DNA from: Malacoraja senta
Taxonomy: Eukaryota
DNA length: 64,000 nucleotides
Assembly (NCBI GenBank): GCA_038087875.1
Contig: CM075985.1
Location: 16,740,001 to 16,804,000 of the forward strand
Direction of reading: 5' to 3'
The notes under the pieces are model-generated. The model worked only from the letters and a program-made list of their open reading frames with translations. It was not told the origin of the DNA and made no database searches. The position numbers were made by a program, and so were the translations under genes. Below, piece by piece: positions 25,864 through 38,234 of this stretch. The first letter of the stretch is position 1, and each line of letters begins with the position of its first letter.

Positions 25864-26470
25864 AGGGCCTGTCCCACTTGGGAATCATTTGTGCGTCATT
25901 TACGAAACAGGCTGGTAGTGACTGTCGCGTGAAAATCGTCTAGCAGTACGACAGTTGCGCGCCAAGTGCTCTTGAGGGCCCTGCTTCTTTTGGGAGCCAT
26001 TTGCGATGTCGTTCGTACTTAGTCCGATCTCTGTGGCAAGGATTTTCCCAGTGAAAATCAAAGATACTATGGTGGAAATTGTTCAAAACTACGCGCGCTT
26101 TATACCCGGGTGGTCACGTGGTGCGGCGTGCAAATGGAGCGCCGACAGCATACGGGCGGCGCATGGTTACAGACGTTGATGCACGGTGACGCATAATAAA
26201 TGAGCATAGGCAATGTTCGTGCGTCACCGTGCGTAACCATGCGTCACCACGCACTACACGTACGCCGTCAGTACGTCAGCATGCACAAGGAATACGTCAC
26301 GCAGGTGGTGCGTGATGATTTTGAGCATTGCAAAATCCTGTAGCGCCGCGCGTTACCGCCATCACTGATAATGCCACCATTCCTCACCATGCGCGCGTCA
26401 CGACGCGCCAGCCAATTTTTAGCATGTTGCGTAAATGATGCGCAAATGACGCCCAAGTGGGACAGGCCCT
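25864..26470. mobile_element. PIF/Harbinger non-autonomous DNA transposon (MITE)
   Basis: ~50-bp imperfect TIRs beginning agggcctgtcccacttggg; TAA TSD at 25861-25863 and 26471-26473; CpG-rich, no coding capacity. Confidence 0.88.
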
Positions 26471-29400
26471 TAAGTGTATAATGGCAGCTAATTCTATTTT
26501 ACACCATCAGAAAATGTTTAGGTTACCCCTTTGCCCAATTCGCTAATACCATACTTTACTTTTCTCAACTTTCTTTTTTTTAGTTTTACACTTATCTTTT
26601 GTTCTCTCTGCTCTGGTTTACCTGGATTTCCTTCCAACTACCCTGTCCACTAGTAGTGTGAAACGCAGCCCTTCACCCTGATCTCTCAATTACAATGAGA
26701 ACAAAGATCAGCATGCAATTCCAAGGAAGGAAATCATAGAAAAATCCAAATTTTACTCTTCAGTGCCGATGATATGCTGGCCAATTTCAGCTTTCCATTC
26801 TCCCAGGACACAGAGGGCCAACTGCATTATTCACAGTGCTGAATTTAACAAAGATGTGGAGACTCAGTGCAGGCAAGGGACAGAACTTGGGACAAAAATA
26901 ACGACAGATCAACTTTCCACAGTCTCAGCTCATGTTCAGAGAGCTCTCACTTTTTAACCTTCCGCAATATTATTCATGGACTGGTGAAACTCATTGCATT
27001 CTTTTCAATTTTGGAAATCCCTTTTATTCTCTGTGAAATGTTTACTCAAACAGCACAGGAGATGCAAGGCATGAGGTATTGAGCTAAACGTGATCTTTTT
27101 CCCTTCATCAATCCGTTTATACTGAAGTTTTGTTTAGTTTAGTTTATTGCCACGTGTGCCGAGGTACAGTGAAAAGCTTTTGCTGCGTGCTAACCAGTCA
27201 GCGGAAAAACAATACATGATTACAATTGAAGGTAGACACAAAATGCTGGCAGCATCTCTGGAGAGGAGGAATGATGTTTCGGGATACATAGAAAGGGATA
27301 AGTCTTGTATTTATTTTTCTAGTAATAAACTCTGTCTATGTGATTATTTTAACCACTGAAAGGCAGAAGGAAAAAGACACATTGGGGAAAATCAAGTTTC
27401 CTCATTCTTACTCATGCTGATTATTTGTTTGAGTTTGGAGGCCATTCAGCAACTGCTGTACTTTTCTTCCATTTATTCTTACGCTAGTAAAATTCAGGAA
27501 ATAAAAATGTTTAATTGTACATTTGAAAAGCTACTGTCAATGGAAAACTCTGCTAGGATCTTTCAATCTGCCACCTAAAAATATGACTGCACATGACTTC
27601 AGAGTTAAAATCCTATTAACGGAGTTGGTGTCTGTTTGATTCAGAGGGCATACTAGTAATCCTTGCAATTTTTACCAGACAAAGCAAGGATCGCGGTTAA
27701 TTGGAAATAGGAAAGACAAGGTTTGGCAAACTATTCCATGTAAGCCAAATTGCTACAATAATTAATTGAGCAAATAATATTTCTGAATCTATTGAAAATG
27801 ACCAGTACAAATTGCATACTAATCATTGAAAATAGCAAATTAATCATGCATAATTGGTACAAGTACGAGGAATGTTACTAACATTCCACGTGTTAAAATT
27901 ATCATCTCTAACCAACCATCACAAAGCAATCAAATCCGAAATGAATTGCAATTCTGAGAGGTTGTTAGATGAACGGAGACAAATTCTGTCAAAGCCCAAA
28001 ATGTGAAAGCAAAATGTTCAGGGGTTATTCTGATGAAACAAATGTCACATTTCAAATTCTTGATTAGACTGATGCGCTAATCGTGTGTTAATTACACCAG
28101 AGAGGATCATATTGTTGGAACATAAATAAAACTTTGGAAAATGTTCGTTGTTTGTCTGTCTGGTCTCAGAGACTTTGGGTCACCTCCAGCCAAGAGAGAG
28201 AAAAACAGATCTTAGGCTTCTGACAATGTGGATCAAAGCTAAACGCTAAGCTTTCTAAAAACAAAAATATATATTTTATAACTATCTTAAAAACAAAAAA
28301 AACCTTTATGAACTGAAAACAACCTATCTTGCCCACGTCCTTGGAGAATTAGCTGAAAATCAAACAATGTTTTTCTTTACGAATAAACTACCAGATTCAA
28401 TTGAAGGTTGCTAAATGCCTAAAAGTCTTTTTGCCTGTGATTTTATCAGGGAAGTGAACAACGCACCTGATCTGGAAGATGAAAAGTAAAGAATTAGTTT
28501 CTAATGTCACTGCTGTATTTCCAGTGGAATAGCCAAACTGCTGTGCAAACTTGAAGCTAAATCTCAAGAGCCAGGTAAGGTACATATAAGACTTGTTCAG
28601 GAATTAGGAGAGGGAAGTGCAGGAAATTGACAAGTTTTCCAAAACACGTTGGAATATCAGAAACGTGCTCATGTACTTCAAAAAGTTACATTATGTTTCT
28701 ATTTTTGTTGTTGAAGTGGCCCTGGTAACTGCAGACAACAAGCACAATGTCCATTATAGAGGGAGCTATGGAAAATAAGAGCATAGCATCCAAATAGGAG
28801 TCCAAAGTGGCAGCCAAGATAGATCCATGAATGGATGGTATTAGCTAGCACACTTGTGTTTTTTTCATTAACAAGTTTGATAGAGATATGGAAATTGGTG
28901 CATTGGACTTCTATACGACGTTTGATACAATGGGTATCAAAAAGTTTAAAAGTTGGCACATAGCTGAAATTCATTGCTTTCTAGTTCAAATGAGCCAGAG
29001 GAAAGGAGATCCAGTATCAATAGTGTCTATCATAATGAGACTATTCAAAGTATTTAAACACAGAGTAAAAACAACACTCACAAATTTGCAATCAAACCCC
29101 GTGCAGTTCTGTGTGTGAAGCCATTCTGATTTCCTGCACTCATTCACTCAAGGACATTGACAATGATAGGATAACATTGCAAAGACCCACAAATGGGTCT
29201 TAAAGTGCCCTCACAACAGGGGTAATCAGTGCCCCCACAGGGTTTTAGAATTGTTTGTTTTGAATGTGATCTTGGAATTACAGTACATGTACTATCACTG
29301 AACTTCTAAATGATACTAAAAACTTGATGAAGGCTGAAAATTGAAAAGCATGAATAAATTAAACCACAGGAGGGTGAGAAATTTCTTGGGATTTAAGTAG

Positions 29401-31044
29401 GTGACGGTTAAAATGCATTGTTGTGAAATGGTGAACGGAAGGAAAATAGCTGCGATGGAAAGTAAGTTGTCGGGTTACTGGTCGACATTGACCAGTAACA
29501 GTGAAATAAAGAAAATCAGATGTTGGAATGTATTAAAGGAGATACCTAGCCAAATTTACTATGGAAATCCTATCACTTTAGTAATCGCTGGTGCAACCAC
29601 ACCAAGAACAGGTTTTGTTTGTGAAATATAGAAAAAAAATATGGCATTTTGTGAGAGAGCCCAGAAGTGCAATCAAAATGATTGAGTGCTTTGAGGGATT
29701 GGAAGATTACATGCGAAATGCCATGTTGTTACTGAAAAAATATGGCTTAATGGATATATTTCACTAAATACTATAGTAGAGTATTGAATACGTGTTATTT
29801 GATATATGTGGAATATTGTAAATGTAGAATGCCTGGCTGATTTTGGACCTATAGTTCAAAGTTTCCATTACTGTCGCGTTCTCCCAACCTGCATCATATG
29901 ACCAGCAATTTAGCAACCCCTACGTTTTCATGTTCCTAATTGGGCAGAGACAGGTTGGTCACTGGTGAGATGTCACATTGGATCTTGGCAAGGGATTATA
30001 AAATTTTAATCATAGTGCTCACACAGCCAGCAAGTTGATAAGCTATAAGGGCTTTAAAAGGTTGACTTAGCCTTTTTATGGCAGCATTCGTTCATGTAAA
30101 GAAAGGCACAAAGTGCTGGAGTAACTCAGCGGGTCAGGCAACATCTCTGGATAACGTGGACAGATGAGGTTTCGGGTCAGCGTATTCTTTCACGTACCAA
30201 CTTCAGGACAGCTGGTCACTTCTGAACATTTCATTGCAAGATAATTTGCCTTGAGATCACTGCCATTAAACACATGAAAATTATTTGGGTAAAAATTTCC
30301 ACTGATAAACACTCTCATCTGTGGAGAGATCACGCCAATGACACAAGAAACACCCGTTCCTTTTGTTGATCTTTAAAGAAGAATTGACAGATGAGCAAAC
30401 TCCGATCTAAAATACTATTCTGTTTCCTCTAAAAGAATTGCATTCAGTCTCCTAAAAGCCATCAGTTGATTTCTTACTTCGAACCTTGTGTCTTGCTCTC
30501 CTGCAACAGCTTCCAGACAATGAATATGAATGTCAAGATACCGGCAGAAGACAAAGAACTATTCTGGCTAATGAAGTCAGCATTACAGTAAATACCGCAA
30601 AGGACAGCCTTAAGGCTCAATAAATTAAAATCCATAGGTCAACAAGTATCGCTGATTAAAAAAAGGGGCTTTGACTCAATCAACTGCTTATTTATTACAG
30701 ACACTGAGCCTTTAACCACGGATCAAATTAAATTTAATATTCATTACATGCATTCGCCATGAACTTTATTGAAGATAATAAGAGAGGACAGGTTTAGATG
30801 GAAATCTGAGGCCTACAAAGGCTGCATTTTAAAAATAAAACATAAATTAAACTCAGAGTAGACTAGTCTGTAGAAATGTCCCAACCCAATATGTTGCCTG
30901 CCCATTCCCTCCACAGATGCTGCCTGGCGTGTTGAGATACTCCAGCACTTTGTGTTTCGCTTTAAACTTGCTGTGCATGGACCAAACTCGCACTGCCACA
31001 ACCAGAGAGCAGTGCTGAACCTTGTATCTTGAAGTTTCAACAGA

Positions 31045-31163
31045 ACTGCAGATGCTGGAAAATCAAAGGTAGACAAAAATACTGGAGAAACTCAGCGGGT
31101 GAGGCAGCATCTATGGAGCGAAGGAAATAGGCAACGTTTCGGGTCGAAACCCTTCTCCAGACT
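31045..31163 (-). mobile_element. PLE-derived mini-element (second subfamily), preceded by a plus-strand copy at ~30865-30960
   Basis: Minus strand agtctggagaagggtttcgacccgaaacgttgcc...gctgagtttctccag. Confidence 0.75.
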
Positions 31164-31396
31164 ACCTGAACTACTATCTACCTCTTTGGTGACCCTCGGA
31201 CTATTCTTGATCCGACTTTGCTGGCTTTACCTTCCACTAAATGTTATTCCCTTATCATGTATCTCTACACTGTAAATGGATCGATTGTAATCATGTTTTC
31301 TCTTTCTGCTGATTGGTTAGCACGCAACAAAAGCTTTTCACTGTACCTCGGTACACGTGCCAATAAACGAAACTGAAACTACATGCCCAAGCCTAA

Positions 31397-31727
31397 TGGC
31401 CCTGTCCTACGGTACGAGTTCATTCCAAGAGCTCTCCCAAATTTTTTTTTAAAATCAACTCGCGATAAGCACGGAGAATGAACGTAGCGGGTACATCGGA
31501 GCTCGGGGTCGTCTCTTAGCGGCTCGTAACGCTAACGGCAGGTACTCGGGAAGACTCGCTAACGGCAGGTAATCTTGGGAAGACTCGTGAAGATTTTTCA
31601 ACATGTTGAAAAATGTCCACGAGACCCCCGAGTACCGACGAGCGGCCATTACCGTAAATCTCCGAGTTCGAATCAGGGCAAACTCGGGAGAGCTCTTGGA
31701 ATGAACTCGTACCGTGGGACAGGGCCA
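31397..31727. mobile_element. PIF/Harbinger MITE
   Basis: ~42-bp TIRs tggccctgtcc(t/c)acggtacgagttcattccaagagctctccc; flanked by TAA and TTA; internal ~27-bp tandem duplication. Confidence 0.88.
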
Positions 31728-32084
31728 TTATTGTGCTTTCATCAGGATTTCATTCATCCAAAAGTACATAATAATCTTTAAAATTGCTCAGAAGTCATGT
31801 TTGAGGTTTTTGTTTTCTTTGATTTCCCTCAGTGGTTACATTAAAAACATAGAGGTGGAACCAACATCTCCCAACTTTCCTCAGATGAATTACAGTGAAC
31901 TGCACAGGAAGCCGTCACTGGCTCCACCCAGCCCAGTGTCAGCAGGATAAGGGAGCAGAAGGTAAAAAACAGAATTATCGGAAGAATATAAAGTGAAGAA
32001 GAAAAATACCCGCATGTATACCCGTAATTGTGTTTATTACAGTGTAATAAAGCGAAAAATCCAACAAATAATGCAGAAAAGCCT

Positions 32085-32800
32085 AAAACAAAAATGCTGG
32101 GAAATACTCAGCAGATCTCGACATCTGTGGGGAGAGAAATAGAGCTAATGTTACAGGTCAAGCCCCTTCGTCAGAACCAGGAAGGAGACAAAAGAAGTTT
32201 TGGGATGCTGGTGCTTCTGAAAGGGTAAAAACGGCGAAAGTATGTGGATAAGCTGTAAACAAATGGCCAATGTGCAAATGAGAGCAATTAGAGAGAGAGA
32301 GAGAGAGAACATAAACCAAAAAATGGACAAAATAATGCCCTTCTTTCAATTTGTAAGAAACCAGGAGATCCAGAAGGCCTAGGCAGACTGAGCGCAAATG
32401 TTCAGCGAAACGATCGCCTAGTTTATGCTTGGACTCGCCACTGTACAGGAGGTGACAGAGGGAACACTGAATGATGTACATGAGGTTACAGAGGTGCACA
32501 TGAACCGTTGACACACCTGGAAGGACTGCTGGGTCCATGGATGGAGGTGAGGGAGGAGGTATAGGGACAGGTGTTACATCTCCTGCGTTTGCTGGGGAAA
32601 GTACCTGGGGAGGGTATGGTTTGGGTGGGAATGGATGAGTGAACAAGGAGTTGCCAAGCAAGTGGTCTCTGCGGAATGCGGAAAGGGGTGGAGATGGGAA
32701 GATGTGATTAGTGGTGGGATCACGTTGGAGGTGATGGACATGTTGTAGAATGATGAGTTGGAAGCGGAGGCTGGTAGGTTGAAAGGTGAGGACCAGGGGA
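32085..32800 (-). mobile_element. Penelope-like element fragments (GIY-YIG region, terminal repeat)
   Basis: NLMYIIQCSLCHLLYSGESKHKLGDRFAEHLRSV; similar to 7986-8387; terminal core ggttCTGACGAaggggcttgacctgtaacattagct at 32143-32178. Confidence 0.8.
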
Positions 32801-32859
32801 ACACTTCATCCCCCACACTCCCTCTTTCCCTCCGCTCTCTCACCTATGCCTCAACTGGA

Positions 32860-33290
32860 CTCACACCTCTTCCAACCATCCCCCTACATTCCTTCCTCTA
32901 GCTTCACATTTGGCAACTCCCAATCCGTTTGTCTCACACCTTCTGTCTTTTCACCTCTGGCCTTTATCCAACTATCTGCCTATCTGCCCTCCCCCCAAAC
33001 CTGTATCCACCTATTACTTACCAGACTTTGCCCAGCACCTCCTCCCTTCCTGCTTTCTGCCCCCCCCCCCCCCACCATCCCACATCCCCCACAATCAGTC
33101 TGAAGAAGGACCCCGTTTCAAAACATCACCTATCCATGTACTCCAGAAATGTGTAGGAAGGAACTGCAGATGCTGGTTTACACCAAATGTCACCCATTCC
33201 CTCTATCCAGAAATGCTATCTGACCAACTGAGTTACTCCAGCACTTTGTATGCTTTTTGTGAGCCAGCATCTGCAGTTCTTTGTTTTTAT
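32860..33290 (+). mobile_element. PLE 3' UTR/pseudo-LTR in inverted orientation to the adjacent fragment
   Basis: Pyrimidine-rich UTR then cagtctgaagaaggaccccgtttcaaaacatcacc and terminal repeat. Confidence 0.7.
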
Positions 33291-33636
33291 GTTCTATTTC
33301 AATTCTGTTCAATTCCAGTCTTATTAAACTCCATATGTTTCCTAAATTGCTGAGTTCAGGATGTTGCCCATAAAGAAAGATATTGTGAAACCAGTTCAAA
33401 TAACATGCCATTTAGAGAGTGCATACTTTGGGACTGATAAAGCAGCCACGAAGAACTATCTCAATGATTAAACTCTGGAGAATGTAAATAGCTTGCAGTA
33501 ATTAAATCATCACTTCTGCTTGAAAAAGCACAAATTACCAGATGCTGGTTCAACCCCAGAAAATAGGCCTTCGCGTCAGCTGAGGCGAATGGATGATATC
33601 AACCGATGCTGCAGTGAGATATGTGGAAGCAGATGG

Positions 33637-33894
33637 TTTACATTTAGCTTAGGTTAGAGATACAGCACAGAAATAGGCCCTTCGGCCCACCGAGTCCGCA
33701 CCGACCAGCGATCCCCGCACTTTTAACACTATTGGTCTTTGGACATGTGGGAGATAACCAAAGATCTCAGAAAAACCACGTGGTCATGGGGAGAATGTAC
33801 AATCTCCATACAGACAGCACCCATAATCGGGATTGAACTCAGGTCTCTGGTGCTGCAAGCGCTGTAAGGCAGCAACTCTACCGCTGTGCCACCG
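33637..33894 (-). mobile_element. HE1-type SINE (internal deletion)
   Basis: Family head and tail in reverse orientation. Confidence 0.82.
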
Positions 33895-35694
33895 AGAATC
33901 TCAGTTAAAATGCTTTAACTTCTTTCTATTACATCCTTTCCCAGAACAAACGTGTTTTGCGGATAACGGATAAAGCAGAATATTGGAATGGACAGCGGTA
34001 CTCTTGGTTTAATTTCCTTTCCCGTTTCTGAGCAGCTTTTAATGGAGTTTATGGGCAATTCTGCAAAAGGAGACATAAGGAAGTGTTGATGAGTTGTGAA
34101 CCAGCAACTTAGAATTTGATTCCTGTACTAAGACGTGTTTCTGAAAGTTAGGTTGTTAAAGATTGTAAGAAATCAAAAGAAACTGCAGCACAACAACGTC
34201 ATGGAGTCAAAGTCATACAACATGGAAAGAGGCCCTGCAGTCCAACTGATCCATGCCGACCAAGATGCCCCATGTACGCTAGTCCCACCTGCCCAGCCCC
34301 ACTCTAAAAAAAAGTTAGAGTTGTGGAGCATAGAAACAGGCCTTTCATCCCATCATGTCTATGCTGACCATTATACTATCTATAACTAATCTCCTCTGCT
34401 TCAACTTGATCCATAATCTCCTTGGTGGCCCCGAGATACAATAGTGCCGTTTTAGAGTCTTTTAGATAGGCATATTGATATTGGGAAAGGAGGATTATGG
34501 ATCAAGTTGAAGCAGAGGAGATTCGTTTAACCAGGCATCATGTTCAACATGGACATTGTCAGCTGAAAGGCACTCTATTGTTCTACTGTTTTATACGTTC
34601 TCGCTATAATAAAAGCAGACAGCGCTGTAAATTCCCAGCAGGTCAGAAAACATCTGTGCACAGCGAAATAGGCAAATAATCTGGTTTTATTTCAAATTTT
34701 GAGCATTTAAATATTTTGTTTACAAATTCGAAGTATACTGAACAACATCCGAGAGCTGAACACGTGGGAAGAGCACAATTTGAAGCTTTATGTATTTAAT
34801 AAATCCATCCTATGCTCAGATATTGGCTCAGGTCTACCAGGTAATGGTTTATGAAATTTAGGAGCCACTGGCTATTCTTTTGCATTAATCATTCCTTTTC
34901 CTTCCTTGAATATACAATGTGAATTGGAAAACTGGGCAATTCCACATGGAAAATAAGTACAGCACATCGTAAATAATGTTGTTAAATTGATTAATTTTAT
35001 GATGGCCAGAATTTAAATTATCTTATATTAAAAATACACTGTAAATAATTGCATCAGATTAGCCAATGCAACACTTCAGCATGATCGGCAGTTAGTCAAG
35101 TAATACAGATGTACCGAGTCAACTTGAGTCTTGTTTTTCTGCATCAAACCACAAAGGGGTTTTGCTCAACAAACACACTGATCAGAACCTATCCTAAGCA
35201 CAAGATGCTTCAGGTCTTTTCATCGTACACACATTCCCCCATGTGGGAAACGTGACCAGCATTTTGCTCTTTCTTAAAAACTCCACCAATGGTGATTCTT
35301 AAGCTCCTGTTTTCCACATAAACAGCAAATATTTTCCAGGAGCTATCATTTAAACCGGCTGGACGTCAATCCAATATGCACAGCAACAGTATGAAAACAA
35401 GAAAAATAGGCAGGGTCCCAATTCCAATCTGCACCAGTTAAACACGATTTCAGCACCCATATCCTAACTAACGATTAAAATAATGTAAATTGGAAAGATA
35501 ACAGCATTCTGTTGGAGGTAGCTTCACCTAAGAGGCCCAAATACCACTCGCAGACTGAGTGGAGATCGACAAGGTTGACAGTTTGTCACAGGTGTCAGCA
35601 CAAATAGTGCAGATGAAATATGAAAAGAAAATCACCACACAAAGACAGTGCTAGAAATCCAACCTAGAGTTAGGTGATGGGGAAAAGTTTTTAA

Positions 35695-36200
35695 TTTAGT
35701 TTAGTTTGCTGTTACGTGAACCGAGGTGCAGTGCAAAGCATTTGGTGCGTGCTAGCCGGTCAGCAGAAAGACAGTACATGATTACAGTCAATCCATTTAC
35801 AGGGTATAGATTAATGATAAGGGAATAACGATTAGTGCAAGGTAATGCCAGCAAAGTCCGATCAAGGATAGTCCAAGGGTCATCATAGAGGTAGATAGTA
35901 GACACAAAATGCTGGAATAACTCAGCAGGACAGGCAGCATCTCTGGAGAGAAGGAATGAGTGACGTTTGGGGTCGAGACCCTTCTTCAGACTGGATAGTA
36001 GTTCAGCACGGCTCTCTGGTTATGTAGGATGATTCAGTTGCCTGATGATAGCTGGGAAGAAACTGTCCCTGAATCTGGTGGTGTGCTTTTCACACTTCCA
36101 TATCTTTTGCCTGATGGGAGAGGGGAGGCTGCGATTCATCCTTGATTATGCTGCTAGCTTTGTGTCAATGGAGTCAATAAAAGGGCGGTTGGTTTGTGTG
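35695..36200 (-). mobile_element. Rex1-like LINE 3' UTR fragment (older subfamily) interrupted by a PLE mini-element
   Basis: Reverse similarity to 52750-53095; (ctaaa)n tail. Confidence 0.7.
35902..35993 (-). mobile_element. PLE-derived mini-element with 8-bp TSD
   Basis: TSD gatagtag at 35894-35901 and 35994-36001. Confidence 0.85.
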
Positions 36201-36604
36201 AATGAAGTAGTTTACAGTTCCTTCAGTTATCGTTATAGCTTCAATGTAATTCTACTTCTGTACTGGGGGTGCTACCTGCCATGTAAGAGCCTGCACCTGC
36301 AAGTTGTCTATGTCTTGGTGCTATGCTCACCTGGACTGCTGCATTATTGAAGAAGGTGGAAATGGAAATGAACACAGGTCCTCCCTAGGATGCGTCAACG
36401 CTCTCTTCCCGTGAACAATTCATAACCCGGACAGTACGCAAATCAGAAATGCAACTCCAAACTCCATTCCCACATGGCAGAAGATGTCTGTGGCCCCACA
36501 GCAACCCACAAAAACATCCCACTGGTCTCCCAAATCCTTGTTCATGCTGAATGCAAGCTCTTCGTCCATGCACTTGGGATGAGCTGTATTATGCAATTGG
36601 ACTA

Positions 36605-36813
36605 TATAGATTGATGATGCATGTTAACCAATCACACATAAGCCAGCATCACTAACTCCACCCCACTGTAACACTTATACTAACACTTGTTTCCGGCACT
36701 GCCAGTCTGAGCAGCTAGGATGTACTGACAACCAACCGTCCTTTATGCTGTTAAGTTTCAGTGCTGATTAAAGATGTATTTGAATCATATACTGTGTTTG
36801 GTGTCCATCTACA
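36605..36813 (+). repeat. 5' LTR
   Basis: Direct repeat of 40142-40350 with 5 transition differences; TA(TG mutated)...CA ends. Confidence 0.95.
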
Positions 36814-36831
36814 TGGTGTCAGAAGTGGGAT
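36814..36831 (+). promoter_or_regulatory. Primer binding site, tRNA-Leu type
   Basis: tggtgtcagaagtgggat, complementary to the 3' end atcccacttctgacacca of vertebrate tRNA-Leu(CAA), directly after the LTR. Confidence 0.85.
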
Positions 36832-38234
36832 GGTGTGGACGCTTAGTGGCAGTGTTCAGGTCTTTCGGGTTGATGCACGGGCGGATTTCATTTTTTCCCT
36901 TCTTGACTGTGGCAATCATGGTTGAGACCCAGTCGGTGGGGTCGCTGACTGCTTCAATTATGCCTATGGAGGCCATGTCCTTCAGCACAGAATGAACCCT
37001 GTCAGTCATGGCAAATGACAATCGGTGTGGGGGTCGGATGAGGGGTGTCACATCTGGGTCAGTAATAATCTTGTAGGTCACAGGCAACTTGCCTAGGTTG
37101 TTGTCGAAAAGATCAGGGAATTCACTCAGCGGGTGCAACGAAATTTGCAGCTTGTGGACCGTTTTGTCAAAGGAAATCAGCCCCAGTTCCTGACAGGCAC
37201 GATTGCCAAACTGAATTAAAGTTCAAGACATAGAAGGTCAAATTCCTCGTGGGTTTTTTCAGCACACATTTCAAGTTGGTTTTGCCCAGAGGAACCAGCA
37301 CCTCCCCTCCAAAAGCATGTAGAGTGGATTTGTCCTTGATCAGTGGCTCGTTAGTTCTAATCTTGTTGAAGAGGTTGATTGACATAGTATTGACCTTTGC
37401 ACCCGTATCTAATTTCGCGCCAAAGTCGACATTGTTTACAGATATCGTCACGGTTGGATCAGAATTCTTGGCAGCAGCATGCTGTAACGAATAAACAGTC
37501 GAATCCTCTTGCGAGTTAATTGGGCTGTATTCGGGGGTGGATTCGAGCTGGAATTGGGAGTGAGACTGTTGCTGTCTCGTTGCAAAAAATTTAGATTAGA
37601 CTTGGAGCTGGGCGAATTCTTCCCACGGGTCCGACTTGCTGCCCGACAAGCAGAGGCAAAGTGATGTAACTTTTTACAGTAATTGCATGCTTTTCCGAGG
37701 ACGGGGCAGGCTGATTGTCTGCTGTGTAAGTAATTGCAGTTGGGACATCTCTTCTGAGGATCGCTGTGAGCCGCCTGACTAGCTTGGGTCATAAATCGCC
37801 TGTTATCTGTGTTTGTTCGCTGCCTAGTGAGGCCCGTCAGATTGATGGTTTTGGTTTCGTGCGAACTGTCTATAGCGTCGATGAATTTTGCTGTTCTGCA
37901 TGCGTGTACAGTTTCATCAAGTGTCAGATCTGGCCGTCTCAGAAGCTCTGATCTGAGCTTTAGGTCGTTAATGCCATTCACTAAAATGTCCCTCGTTTAC
38001 TGATCAGTCAGCTGATCAACCGGCATATTTTGGAATCGGCAGCGCTGTGCTAAATACATTAAGTCTGAGATAAACGAGTCTACTCGTTCGCCAGGGAGCT
38101 GGCGACGAGAGAAAAACCTTGCCCTATCCAAAATGTGATTTGAGGGCAGGTCACAGATCTGGCTTAGTTTACGCAGCAGAACATTGAGGTCATCAAGAGA
38201 TTCAGCTGGGGTTATTACCTGGTCGTTGGCATCC
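36832..38234 (-). pseudogene. Inverted Gypsy gag (C-terminal part) - protease - RT N-terminus
   Basis: gag ARFFSRRQLPGE, LRSELLRRPDLTLD, CCHC knuckle CNYCKKLHHFASAC; protease KLDTGAKVN; RT start PTDWVS...IRPCINPKDLN. Confidence 0.9.
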
